Source: Octopus vulgaris (taxonomy: Eukaryota). Taken from it: DNA of 64,000 nt. This document shows positions 1-13,127 of this stretch, piece by piece. The DNA lies in the NCBI GenBank assembly GCA_951406725.2, contig OX597827.1:20584001-20648000 (forward strand), read 5' to 3'. The notes under the pieces were generated by a model. The model ran no database searches and was not told the origin of the DNA. It saw nothing but the letters and a program-made list of their open reading frames with translations. The position numbers and the translations under genes are program-made. The first letter of the stretch is position 1. Each line of letters opens with the position of its first letter.

Positions 1-560
1 TTCTGTGCTGAGGTCTGCCGGTTTTAGGCAGAAAAACCACCAAAATATGATCGAAGGAGATGGGGTTGAAATTGAGATCAATGAAACGGTTCTGGTTCAT
101 CGAAAATATCAACGCAGCAGAATAACCAAAACGGTTTGGCTTTTTGGTAGACTGAAACGCTTGACGAAGAGAGCGTTTATGGGCCCACTTTTGACCGAAT
201 GTGGCGAGGGCAACAGAAGTGATGCTGACACCCTCATTCCTATCATTAGATGCTACGTCAGGCCGGGATCAATAATTCATAGTGACTGTTGGCGTGCGTA
301 TAGTAACTTGAGCAGCATGGGCAATACACACTATCAGGTTACTCACGCTGAACACTTTGTGGATCCTCCATAACCCAGCTATTCACACTCAGAATATTGA
401 ACGTTTATGGGGAAGCCTGAATAAAGTGCATTGTTCGTCCTGGAATGAGACCGAAGTATCTCAAACAGTATGTAGTTAGGTTACTTTTTATACGAGCCAT
501 CTCACCGCCAACTCAGCGATTTCGAGAAGTTTCTTTTGGAAGCTGGAAGACTGTACCAAT
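1..560 (+). mobile_element. Degenerate Merlin (IS1595/ISXO2-like) DDE transposase fragment
   Basis: ORF 5-373 has IEINE (from VEIDE), RKYQR, WLFG, TLIPII...PGSIIHSDCWRAY and HFVDP. After a frameshift it continues IHTQNIERLW. First catalytic Asp is lost. Confidence 0.88.
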
Positions 561-826
561 GTTCCTGAGGACAGAAGAATTGGTTCTTGATGTTCAATCG
601 CCCTTAACTTTTTTCTATCATGAAACGATATCAACACCATATTTATGAAACCATAAAGTGCACTTCCACACAATTCATATAAAAAAACCACGTCGGATTT
701 CTCGCATGTAATCACTTACCCTGACCTCCTAATGTGCTGCAAACCCCCTTATTTTTCTTTCAAAAAAGATGGGGTAGGAAACTGGAACCCCACCTCTCTG
801 AAATTATTCGAAAAAGTGCATAAATA

Positions 827-873
<47 letters not shown>

Positions 874-1382
874 GCAAGCCAAAAATTAAAAAAAAACATA
901 AAGGACAAAACACACCTATACTCACTCACTCTCTCCCCCTCTCTGTCCACACGAAATCGAGGCGTAATAGTTCCTCACTTAAAATTTCGGCGCGAAAAAT
1001 TGCTAAAGGAAAGTGGAAGTACTTGATGCCATTTCAAAGCTTTTTTGCAGCTTAGGGCTTCTATATCCTGGGATATATGTATCCAGTAATTTTAGTAGGT
1101 AAGTAAAAGATTTTATTTTAATACACTTTGACTTGTTTCATACAAACACTGTCGTGGTTTTTTTTTTTTCTTGTCCAGACATCGTTACCACTAATTTTTA
1201 TAACTTCATTCGTTTATTATTCTTTTCAAACTTCTTTGATTTTTCAATCTCATGTAATCCACACTCAACAAAACGTATTTCTGCAAAATGTTATCTCAAA
1301 ATATGTATAAAGAAAGGGGGCTGATGCAGTTTCGCATCTCACCTTCAAAAGTGCATTTTTAAAGAAAGATTTCTTCGGAAAC

Positions 1383-1700
<318 letters not shown>

Positions 1701-1884
1701 AGTAATAACAAGTGAATGAGAATAACACAGGGAAGCGTTAAAAGAAGCGTAAAAATAATTGAAGATAAATGAAACAAAAATGAAGCTAAAACATTAAAAA
1801 TTCTTGAAAGTGGGTAGAAAAAATCACTACGTAGTGAAGTAGTACTACGCTAGGGTATCTGTAGAAAGTTGAATGTGACTTCGG

Positions 1885-2740
1885 AATATAACGAGGAAAA
1901 CCTCGGATCTTGTGAATTTTCCGAAGTGCTCTCCCCACCCCTTTGGAAAAGATTTTCCCTATAAACTTCTTAATAATCGTAATGTATGCCGTTTAAAACT
2001 TATTTTTATAAAATTTCATTGAAAAAAAACTCCATATTCCTAAAAGTTACGAAGGAAAAGCTCGGATCTTATGAATTTCCCGAAGTTCTCTCTCCACCCC
2101 TTTGGAAAAGATTTTCCGCACAAATTTCTTTATAATCGTAATGTATGCCGTTTGAAAGGTATTTTTATAAAATTTCATTGAAAAAAAACTCCATATTCCT
2201 AAAATTTACGAGGGAAAAGCTTGGATGTTATGAATTTCCCGAAATCTCTCCCCACCCCTTTGGAAAAGATTTTCCCCATAAATTTCTTTATAATCGTAAT
2301 GTATGCCGTTTAAAAGGTATTTTCATAAAATTTCATTGAAAAAAAACTCCATATTCCTAAAAGTTACGAAGGAAAAGCTTGGATCTTGTGAATTTCCCGA
2401 AGTTCTCTCTCCACCCCTTTGGAAAAGATTTTCCGCACAAATTTCTTTATAATCGTAATGTATGCCGTTTAAAAGGTATTTTCATAAAATTTCATTGAAA
2501 AAAAAACTCCATATTCCTAAAAGTTACGAAGGAAAAGCTTGGATCTTGTGAATTTCCCGAAATCCTCTCCCCACCCCTTTGGAAAAGATTTTCCCCACAA
2601 ATTTCTTTATAATCGTAATGTATGCCGTTTGAAAGGTATCTTTATAAAATTTCATTGGAAAGAAAAACTCCATATTCCTAAAAGTTACGAGGGAAAAGCT
2701 TGGGATCTTGTGAATTTCCCGAAGTCCTCTCCCCACCTTC
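1885..2740. repeat. Tandem array of a ~160-bp unit, about 5.3 copies
   Basis: The motif cccacccctttggaaaagattttcc recurs near 1933, 2094, 2251, 2412 and 2571; aagttacgaaggaaaagct recurs near 2043, 2203, 2361, 2521 and 2681. Confidence 0.95.
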
Positions 2741-3281
2741 CCGTTGCTTTGCGCGCATTTTTTTCCATACTCATTTCCTACAGATTGTTTAACACCCATT
2801 CCAGTATATTTTTAGGATTTACATTTACAGGTCAAGATGTAAGTATTAACCCTTTTTCTTCTATATATTTCAATTGGTATTTCTCTAAATGTGCTGTGTT
2901 ATATTTCACTCAGGAATTATTCAAAGTGTTATTTTTTCGATCGAAAATTGCAGTTATTTTAGAAATTTCGTAAAATCAAGTGTTGTTATTTTCAGCAAAC
3001 GATTCTTCCTGTTCAATATATTTCAAGTAGTATTTCTTTAAATGTGTTCTTTATCACTCAGGAATACATTTTGAGCTCTTTTTTTGTTCTTTTTGTTCTT
3101 TTTTTTTTGCTATAGAAATCACAGCATTTTAGAAATTTCTTAGCGATTTTCTTGTTAGGAAGTGTATCCATGTGTAGAAACCAAGCCAAATCAGACAACT
3201 GGAGCCTTGTACAGCTCTCCAGATTATCAGCTTCAGTCAAACCGTCTAATTCATGTCAGCATGGAAAACGGATGTTAAATC

Positions 3282-3371
<90 letters not shown>

Positions 3372-3585
3372 CACACACACATGCAAATATATATAATCTT
3401 TATTAGATATGATATTGTAGCTATTTCAAGCAACTGGCTTCTGCTTGAAAGAGCTTGTAATGTGGTTCATCATCATCACCACCACCACCACCACCACCAC
3501 CACCACCACCACCACCACCACCACCACCATCATCATCTTCTTCATCTTCTTCTTCATCTTATTCATCTTCATCATCTTCTTCTTG
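3282..3585. repeat. (GAT)n, (GT)n and (CAC/CAT/CTT)n microsatellites
   Basis: Directly visible. Confidence 0.95.
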
Positions 3586-3942
3586 AATATACTCCATATA
3601 TGCAGAATATTGCATGAATGAGACATATGGAATTATACCGAAACATATTAGAAAACCTTTGCTGTAAAATTATAATTATAATAACAATCAGTTGATTAAT
3701 TTCATGCTAATTCATTTTATATATAATTATTTATTAATTAATGGGAAGTCATCAGAAACCCAGCATGTTCGTTAGTGACAGATCACTTTTATTTAAATAC
3801 TCTGTGTTAACATTCAAGAAAGAAAATCAAGGAGTATGTCTTTTCTGATGATGGATCAATTAATTGTTAAACAATCAGGTGACTCATCTAAATTTTTCTG
3901 CAAATGAATGATTGAGAGGAAATGTATTTACATCCTGTACTT

Positions 3943-3958
3943 AATAATAATAATAATA

Positions 3959-4002
<44 letters not shown>

Positions 4003-4200
4003 AATAATAATGATAATAATGATACTGATAATAATAATAATGATAATAATAATAATGATAATGATAATAATAATAATGATAATAATAATAATGATAATGA
4101 TGATAATAATAATAATAATAATGATAATAATATTAATGATAATAATAATGATAATAATGATAATGATAATAATAATAATGATAATAATGATAATAATAAA
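3943..4200. repeat. Imperfect (AAT/GAT)n microsatellite
   Basis: Directly visible. Confidence 0.97.
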
Positions 4201-4517
4201 AATGGCTCAGTAGTAAGTGTGTCAGGCTCACAATCAGGAAGTAGTGAATTTGATTGCCAGACTTGGCTGTGTGTTGTGTTCTTGAGCAACACACTTAACT
4301 TCGCATTGCTCCAGTTCACTCAACTGTAAAAATGAGTTGCGACATCACTGTTGCCAAGCTGTATTGGCCCCTTTGCCTTTCCCTTAGAAAACATCATCGG
4401 TGTGGAGGGGGAGGCTTGTATGCATGGGCAACTACTGGTCTTCCATAATCAATCTTGCCCAGACTTGTGTGCCTCGGCAGGGAACTTTCTAGGTGCAATC
4501 CCATGGTCATTCATGAT
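4200..4517 (+). mobile_element. tRNA-derived SINE, family D
   Basis: Head tggctcagtagtaag...; reverse-complement homologues at 9751-10095 and 44490-44828. Confidence 0.8.
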
Positions 4518-5398
4518 AAATTATTATATAGAATTAATTTCAGAGTTATGGCTAATACATGTGTGTGTGTGAATGTATGTAGTCTCTCTCTCTCACACAC
4601 ACACACACAATTGAATGAAAGAAAGTACTCATCACATCAAGTGAATAGATTTCTCTCCCTTGGTTATTGATGTTGCTAGTTATCTCCCTTATTAAGGCCA
4701 ACTTGGAGGGAAAATGTCCCGGCTCTCCAACCGTGACATTTACGGCTTTTCTCTTTTTGTTTTCAAATACAGTTTTAATTGAAACACTATCTAATGTAGC
4801 CTTCCATTTTTAGGCATAACTACAGATGTGTACCCCGCCTCACACCGACTTTGTTGCCTCATAACTTCCAGAAAAATGGATTCTTTTTAACGAAATTTTC
4901 AACAAATGTAGTTTAGCTTTAGAAAATAAAGAAATTTATGGAAAATAATTTTTCCGAGAAGAGCTTCGGAAAAGTCACACGATCTGACTTTTTCCTCTCA
5001 CAACTTTCAGGGAAATGGATATCTTTTAGTGAAATTTTATACAAATATCTTTCAAGGAGCGTAGATTATGATTATAAAGAAATTTGTGGTGAATTTTTTT
5101 CCGAGGTGGCGGGAAGGGGAGTTTCGGATCAGGAAGACCAAATAACTGGGAACTACTCCGTTTTGACGGGGATTTTTCCCCATATCTTTTTTTTAAACCA
5201 TAACCTTCGAAATGATGGGGCATCATTTTATGGAAAAAAATGTTTTTGAAATTTTTGGAATTTTTTGTACACCCCCACCTCAATCCGGACAGATTTTGGC
5301 CAATTTTTTTGCACTTGAAAACCATGGAGGAGTTTTTTCGATAAAAAATATTTAAAAAATAAGTCAATATTTTCAGAGGAAAAAGTGAGTGATTTAAG

Positions 5399-5869
5399 GG
5401 AGATTTGGCTGTTGTTTCTAGCATATCCTAGGACAACTCTCATCGTTTCTTTCTCACTCGAATTTATTGATGTTTTTCAATATTTTTCTCTCCATAAATA
5501 CATTTATATGTATAAGAAAAAAGAAAATTTGAAAAATTATGATATTTTTTCTTTGCAATCTCGCTCCCTTCCCCCGATTGTTTCTGTTTATGATTTGAAC
5601 TATTGGAGAGGCTGAGAAGGTCATTGCTGGCATTTATCCACAGTGATTTAAAAATAGAAGTATGTAAACGATCATTCGTTTTAATAGCATACTCTTCTGT
5701 TAGAAAATGTTTTTTTCTTACACACAATTCCACCAATGTGTTACTTCGGCATTATCATTCCATAAAATGTGTTTAATGGGAGAAAAATATTGAAAAAAAA
5801 ATGACAGTATATGCGTGAGTGAAAATGGAGGGTGGTTTGGGATGTGCTAGAGACAACAGCCAAATCTCC
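5399..5869. mobile_element. MITE-like element with ~30-bp terminal inverted repeats
   Basis: ggagatttggctgttgtttctagcatatcc (5399) is the near reverse complement of ggatgtgctagagacaacagccaaatctcc (ending 5869). Subterminal inverted match between about 5473-5505 and 5764-5800. Confidence 0.75.
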
Positions 5870-5910
5870 TTTTCCTTTGGGATTATTTAGTATATTTTTT
5901 GTTACCGAAA

Positions 5911-6323
5911 ACGGATCTTTTCGGTTTGAACGGCAGTTTTTAACATAATTTCTAGGTAACTAAAAATTTTAAACTTCGTATACTGGTAGAATGTGTTTAT
6001 AAAACATCTTTTTCTCTTGACTTTATTGAGAAAATTCTATAGTTTGTAAGATATTGGTTGTTTTTTTCTTCAATTTCTGCAATTTCAACCAATCACTGAC
6101 GTCTATTGAGGTAAAAAAACATTCTGTGCCGTATGAATATGTCCCTCGTTTAAGAAACAGTAACAGATTGGGTTTATTTACATTTCTGAAGAAAAACAGG
6201 TACCCTTCCCCCACCCCTAACCCCAACCTTAAAAGAGTTTGAAATCCAATAGATCGATTCTATGGGTAACAATTTCATATGACACCGCTAGAAAAAACTG
6301 CCGTTCAAACCGAAAAGATCCGT
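5911..6323. mobile_element. Non-autonomous DNA transposon (MITE), ~410 bp, copy 1
   Basis: Perfect TIRs acggatcttttcggtttgaacggcagttttt / aaaaactgccgttcaaaccgaaaagatccgt. A second copy lies at 53353-53765. Confidence 0.9.
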
Positions 6324-6715
6324 TTTTTGTTTTTTCTTGTAAGAAAATAGTTCCTTGCAGATGCTGAAATGATATATGGGGACTGTAAACATGTATAATT
6401 AGTATTTATTAGAAGTTCCAAAGTTGATGGTAGCAGAGAGTGAAAGAGAAAACGGTTATCCTTTACTCGTTAGAACAAGTATGTTAAAATAGAGTATAAA
6501 AGAATGATGGAAATTAAAAGTAAATTAACTGTGTTTTTATTTAATCGCCAGTACTTCTGTATTTATTAATTTGAAATTAATGGGTCCTTTTGTTCTTTTT
6601 AATTTTGCCGGAAAAGTCTAACCATCTTCGTGGGATGTTTTTTTTAATAACCAGAAGTCTCTCCCCACCTCCCCTGACTAACTTCTACAGTATTGCCCCT
6701 CTCTCTTCTCAATAC

Positions 6716-7165
6716 ACATTATTTACATTTGACGGATATTTGTCCTCATCTTGTTTGTTGTTAACACAACGTTTCGGCTGATACACCCTCCAGCCTTCTT
6801 CAGGAAATTTCGAACCTGGGTTCTCATTCCTAAGGTATTTTTCGATGTTGTTGTTGTTATTATTATGCCATATGCCCACGGGTATATGACATAGTAGTTA
6901 AGAGTGCGGGCTACTAACCCCAAGATTCTGAGTTCGATTCAAAGCGGTGACCTGAATAATAATAATAATAATAATAACAACAACAACAACGACATCGAAA
7001 AATACCTTAGGAATGAGAACTCAGGTTCGAAATTTCCCCAAGACACCTGATGAAGGCTGGAGGGTGTATCAGCCGAAACATAGTGTTAACAACGAAGATG
7101 AGGACAAATATCTGTCAAATGTAAATAATGTACATAATTCCTCATCTCTTAAATATAGAACTGTA
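6716..7165 (+). mobile_element. tRNA-headed retroelement with a Penelope-like tail and an inverted duplicate of that tail
   Basis: A-box/B-box-like head at about 6880-6953 (tgacatagtagttaag...gagttcgattc). 6716-6865 is the reverse complement of about 6960-7131, and both arms contain hammerhead-like cores. Confidence 0.7.
7042..7087 (+). ncRNA. Minimal hammerhead ribozyme-like motif (partly decayed)
   Basis: gacac-CTGATGA-a-ggctg[10 nt]cagcc-GAAA-cata-gtgtt: stem I gacac/gtgtt and stem II ggctg/cagcc can pair. The inverted copy (6763-6803) keeps GAAACGTT but has lost the 5' strand of stem I. Confidence 0.5.
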
Positions 7166-7828
7166 CACAATATTTATTACTGAAAATATTCATCTGAGAA
7201 GTATCAGAAAATCACTGTATTCTATGGCACCCAAGTGGTTGCCAGTTTGAGTTACATCAAACTTCTGCTTGAAAAGTTCAAAAGTTCTTTGCAATTGTAT
7301 TTTAATTTCGTCAAATAATTGAATGTTTCCTATTTGTTTTCCAATCTTTTGACTGATTTTTAATGGCAGCCTGCACAACACTGGACTAAAATATGTTGGG
7401 AATACCCCACCCCATTTCATCCCAAGTACTCTTCCAACAGGTTTACACATACAAGGAATTCACACACCATTTCATGTTGCTTCCGTTTATTCACCTGAAA
7501 GTAATTACCAGTGGTCTACTGGGACAGCTGTCTCTCACTCCAGTGTCACACAGTTTTGATGTGCATTCACCAGGACAAATCCTCAGTCGTAGGGTTACTA
7601 GTGTTTGCAATGACATTAAAAGATCTTGTCTTCTGTTTATGTTCAGGAAGAAGATGTTACAATAACTCTTGATATGGGCAGTGATTGTGTCTTTTGTGCT
7701 ATTGGAGGAGATGAGATTGGCATGAAGATTGGGGCCATTGTGGGAAATGATGGTAAGCAGACCCTTAATGTATACAAGAAAACTGTTGGAGAGAACAGTA
7801 AATCTAGAGGCACAGCTGAGTGAATAGT

Positions 7829-7873
<45 letters not shown>

Positions 7874-9340
7874 CTCTGTCTGGATCTCCTGTAATAGTGT
7901 GGTCTTGTGTCTGTTTCGCTGTTGAGTGGTCAGTATTAATACTGGTCATCAACTACCAAAAAATAATGACTGAAATGATCCAAGGAGAAAGCCTCTACAT
8001 GGACAGTAGGGTGTTAGAAGTACTAGCCAAATCTCCCTCATTTCATTCTCTACTGTCTTTAGAAGGAAGGAAGATATTTTAGCTAGTTTTGTGAAATAAA
8101 GTGTCTGAAAAGATGGGAAGGTCAAACCTAACATGTTTGATCATAAGTCTATTTGACTTGGGCCGACCTTGGGCTAAAGAACAACCACCTAAACACACTT
8201 ATCTCATCCATACAAACATCAAAAAGTGTAAAAAAAAAAGGGAAAATATTACTTGGTGAGGGTCCATGACCTAGTAGTTGGTATGTTGGCTTCATAGTCC
8301 TAAGATCAAGGTTTTGATTCATGAACTGGGAAGTACATCGTTCTTGAGCAAGGTTCTTCATTTCACATTGCTTGTACTGGTCAGCTGTCTGCCAGATACC
8401 TCTTCCTGACAGGGTATTAGTGTCCTCTTGTGACTCTGTAGGCACCTAAACCCCAGTTGGTGAAAGCATGGTGCTTACTTGCGAGCAATGGTTATGTTGC
8501 TGTTCAGTGACTAAAAGAATCAGGACTGAGTTACTTTTGATGCAATTTCAGAATTCCTCTCAGGGGTAGGTTCATGTGTTTCTCTTACTCTTTTGTGATT
8601 CTCTATTCCAACATTAATTACTGCCTTCAATTAAATTTGGAAAAATATTTTATGTTGGAGAAAATGTGCAAGCAAAGCTGTGTAGTTAAGAAGTTTGCTT
8701 CCCAGCCATGTGGTTTTGGGTTCAATCCCTCTGCTTGGCACCTTGACCAAATATATCCTACTTTGACCTGGGACCAACCAAGGCCTTGTGAATGGATTTA
8801 GTAGATAGAAACTGAAAGCTTTCTATATGTATATATATATATCTAACGGCTCCTTTGTTTCCAAATATGTTAACACATACACACACACACACAAAAAAAG
8901 GTAAAAACAAAATTACACATACACATGTAACATTTAAAAAAAAGATATTAACATGCTTCGCATAAATAAACGAATGTTGATATGTTGAGCCTGTCAGTGA
9001 TCACTCGATCAATTAAGATGTAATTCCATTTTGTGTCGGTTTCTCATCCTGAAGAAATATTCAACTCACTATATTCAAAATGCATCTTTAATTTAATTTT
9101 TGTAATTTGAATGATTTGGAAATTATTGTAGGTAACATGAAATTGACAACGTGTTATAAATTGACGTTTATCTGTCAAACTCACCATTTTGCTTCTGATA
9201 TACAAAAATGAAAATGTACACATTTGTATCAAAATAAAACTAATGTCTTTTTTAATATTTCACCGATATATAAGATTAAATTGGGGAGACTTGGATGCTA
9301 ACATTCCTTCAAGAGGTAGCTATATCCTCACAATAACAAA

Positions 9341-9404
<64 letters not shown>

Positions 9405-9411
<7 letters not shown>

Positions 9412-9704
9412 ATGGAGTTGAACGAAAACGTTATTAAAATTCTTTTACTTTCAACATATGTTTCGAAGACAACATGGTTTTATTCCAAAGGAATAATGTC
9501 GAAAGTAAAAGAATTTTAATAACATCTTCGTTCAACTCCATTTATTTATTTATTTATTTATAATACACAAATTACTGCACATAAACCCGGAGTTTGTACC
9601 TTTGAATAGGTCGCTTCAACCGTGTTACTGGTTTTGCCACCCTGGTAACTGTTTATTGAATTTTTCATGTTAATGGTAAACAAAAGATAATTCATTCATC
9701 CATT

Positions 9705-9705
<1 letters not shown>
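9405..9705. repeat. Dispersed repeat with a terminal hairpin, embedded in (TA)n; probably Penelope-derived
   Basis: 9405-9458 is the inverted repeat of 9496-9548. A reverse-oriented homologue lies at about 46150-46385. Confidence 0.7.
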
Positions 9706-9750
<45 letters not shown>

Positions 9751-9754
<4 letters not shown>

Positions 9755-10095
9755 GATAAAGACCCTCTTCGGTCATGAATGACCATGGGATTGCACCTAG
9801 AAAGTTAACATCTGAGGCACAAGTGTGGGTAAGTTTGTTTATGGAAGACCAGCAGTCGCTCATGCATACCAGTCTCCCCTCCTTACACTACCGGTGTTAT
9901 CTAAGGGAAAGGCAAAGGGGCCGATACAGCTTGGCACCAGTGACGTCGCAACACATTTTTACATTACAGCTGAATGAATTGGAGCAACATGAAATAAAGT
10001 GTCTTGCTCAAGAACACAACACACAGCCCAGTCCAGGGATCGAACTCATTACTTCGTGAGTGTGAACTTGATGCTCTAACCACTGAGCCATGCAC
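9751..10095 (-). mobile_element. tRNA-derived SINE, family D
   Basis: Closely similar to 44490-44828. A/B-box head at the right end (gatcgaactc...ctctaaccactgagcca). Confidence 0.85.
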
Positions 10096-10519
10096 ATTCA
10101 CACACACTGTGTGTGTGTCTCTTTGTCTTAACATAACACAATAGTTGTAAATGAGTGCCACTGTCACATAAGCAGTGCTGTTTATTTCCAATGTTTTATG
10201 TAAAGCAAGGTTATAGTAGGGGAATATTGCGTTACTTGGAAACAGTTAAGGGTTAGCAAGAGGAAGGACCTCGAGTTGGAGAAAATCATAAGTTCAGTTA
10301 CTGGCTGTGCAGTGTGTCTGTGGAGTACTCGAACACTTCTTGTTAATTTTACAAGCAGACTGTTTCATTGACCGGATCACCTGGAGCCTTCATCATCGTA
10401 ACTGATGGAGTGTCCCATCAAGGGACAATGTGATAATGGTGGCAATAGCAGTGGAATTACGTATGGCTGGTGTATTTCTTTACATGGCAAACACTATTGA
10501 CTGTATTGATCTGACTGAT

Positions 10520-10925
10520 TTCTTCAGGTAAACTTATGATAAAAAATAAACAGGTGTAGTGTGCAAAAGAGAAGACTAAGTTGATAGAAAACTAAATGTA
10601 TTCCAGAAAGATCACAAGGATCAACTGGCCGGAGGACCAGGTCATAAAGGAAAAAATTTTGAGGAAAACAACATAACCACTGCAAGAGATTAAAACAGCT
10701 ATTCCATTTGGCTGGCCACATTCTCGGTCTTTCTGGTCAACAGCACTCAAGACACAAGCATAACTTTGGAATCACTGGATGACAGGTGTAAAAAGATTGG
10801 CATTTCAAAATGACCTGAAGATAAACATTGGAATAGATTTACAAGACTTACAGACAACCGAACCTGGTGGAAGCAGCTTGTTGCTGCTCAATGTGGTAAG
10901 CAGCACAGGACGACCTTTAAAGCTA
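10520..10925 (+). mobile_element. Degraded RTE-type LINE 3' end
   Basis: Broken frames resemble the RTE C-terminus (RKITRINWP.DQV..E..LR..., GH). Many stops and frameshifts. Confidence 0.5.
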
Positions 10926-11036
10926 TTATGCACACACACACACACGTGTGTGTGTGTACTCCTAAAGAGTATATTTATGAATTTTAGCCAAGACTGTAAT
11001 ATAGCATTGACTAAAATGTTCAGATAGACTCTGTAC

Positions 11037-11427
11037 TCTTTTACTTGTTTCAGTCATTTGACTGCGGCCATGCTGGAGCAGCGCCTTTAATCGAGCAACT
11101 CGACCCTGGGACTTATTCTTTGTAAGCCCAGTACTTATTCTATCGGTCTCTTTTGCTGAACTGCTAAGTGATGGGGACATAAACACGCCAGCATCGGTTG
11201 TCAAGCAATTCTAGGGGGACAAACACAGACACACAAACATACACGCACACATATACATATATACGACGGGCTTCTTTCAGTTTCCGTCTACCAAATCCAC
11301 TCACAAGGCTTTGGTTGGCCCGAGGCTATAGTAGAAGACACTTGCCCAAGCTGCCACACAGTGGGACTGAACCCGGAACCATGTGGTTTGTAAACAAGCT
11401 ACTTACCACACGGCCACTCCTGCGCCT
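11037..11427 (-). mobile_element. SINE family B, full length
   Basis: Runs cttttacttgtttcagtcatttgactgcggccatgctggagca ... ccacacggccactcctgcgcc. Homologues at 29329-30406 and 44040-44378; partials near 8675-8820, 26695-26830, 27915-28075, 40605-40740 and 50415-50565. Confidence 0.85.
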
Positions 11428-12049
11428 CCTGTAGTCCATAAAAAATTGAAACAAAACAGTAGAAGTCATTTAATAACCAAAGCAAATGACAAGTGTTCGT
11501 TACAATATGCAGTCAATCTATTTGATCTGATTAAGCTTTTATCAATAATGAATTTTGACAACTAAAGGACTCAGCTGCTGATGAAATCTGTCCAATTCCT
11601 CTTTTTATATGAATATGAAGACAAGGTGTTTACATCTGTCTACTTATTATTGGCTAGTATTTGTTGTACACAATGGTATTGACACAATACACAGCCTTAG
11701 GCCAAGTGATGCCCTGTTGACTGAAACTAAAGAAAACACAAATTTGTCATATATATTTGTGCGTGTGTGTGTGTGTACACATGTATGTGTGTGTATGTGA
11801 ATTTTTATGCATGCATATCTATGCGTTTGTATTCAGGTCTTTATATTATCCATGTATGAGCAAAAAAAAAAAAAAGAAGACAGCAGTGTTTATAATCGCT
11901 GTGAACAGTGTCCTATCTCTTCACTTAAAAAGTCAAGTTAAGGTTGGTGACAGCAAAGGCATTCCATTGTAGATTATTGCCTCATCAACTCTTGTGCAAC
12001 CCAAGACAGAATGGAAAAAGCAGATGTGATGACAATGATGATGACGTAT

Positions 12050-12395
12050 CATCATTGTCATCATCATCATCATCGTCGTTTAACGTCCGTTTTACATGCT
12101 GGCATGGGTTAGACGGTTCGACCGGGGTCTGGGAAGCCAGGAGGCTGCACCAGGCTCCAGTCTGATCTGGCAGTGTTTCTACAGCTGGATGCCCTTCCTA
12201 ACGCCAACTACTCCGTGAGTGTAGTGGGTGCGTTTTTACGTGCCAGGGGAGGCTGGCAGTGGCCACGATCGGTTGGTGCTTTTTACGTGCCACCGGCACA
12301 GAAGCCAGTCAAGGCGGCGCCAGCATCGGCCACGTTCGGATGGCGCTTTTTACGTGCCACCGGCACAAGTATCACAACTACAATTTCCATTTGAT
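12050..12395 (-). mobile_element. SINE/retroposon family C with (GAT)n tail
   Basis: (cat)n-cgtttaacgtccg...tttctacagctggatgcccttcctaacgccaac..., with internal gctttttacgtgccaccggcac repeats. Multiple copies in the window. Confidence 0.85.
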
Positions 12396-13096
12396 ATTTA
12401 TTACATATATATATTGTGTAGACATCAGTTGAAATATTTTTTAATAAAAGCAAAGAAGAATGTGAAAAGCATCCATGAGAGAGAGATTTCAATATTTACA
12501 CTTCAATGTATACATGAGAAAGAGCACAAGATTTAGACACATGTGACTGTGTGTGTGTGTGTGTGTGTGTGTGTATGACAGAGAGTACAGCACTATTTTG
12601 ACATCAAACAAAGTGACATGCAATATGTTTCTAGTTTTAAATTGAAAACAGACAAAAGCCATTGTTTAAATTGTATTTTACTTCCAAAATGTCAAAAACA
12701 AAACCAAAGGAGGAAAAAAAAAAAACAAAAACAAAAGGAAGTCATTCCCTTGATTCTCTAGTAAAATGGTAAATACAGATTGAAAAAAAAAAAAACCCCA
12801 AAAACTGGAAAATTTGGAAAAACTTGACATCGCCTGCTTTCTTTTCTTTTCTTCACATTTTCATTTCATTATTTTTTTTGGTATTTTTTTTGCTGTTATT
12901 GTTGTAATCTCTGAAGTTCCATAGAAACTTCTGGATGAATAGAAATAATTTGTACATTTGTACAGGAATTCTACAGGTGGAAAATTCCAGTGGAAGAAAA
13001 GAAAAATGTATAGAATAATATATATATGTATAAATGTATGTGTGTGTATACGTATGTGTGTATGTGTGCCTGTATCAATTTATATATACCTGTGTT

Positions 13097-13127
<31 letters not shown>

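Noticed and set aside
1885-2740. Regularly spaced repeats that might suggest a CRISPR array
   Set aside because: The whole ~160-bp unit repeats with no unique spacers, there are no cas genes, and the context is eukaryotic.
6880-6953. tRNA-like sequence
   Set aside because: The acceptor and T stems do not pair properly and it heads a repeat element. The same applies to the other SINE heads.
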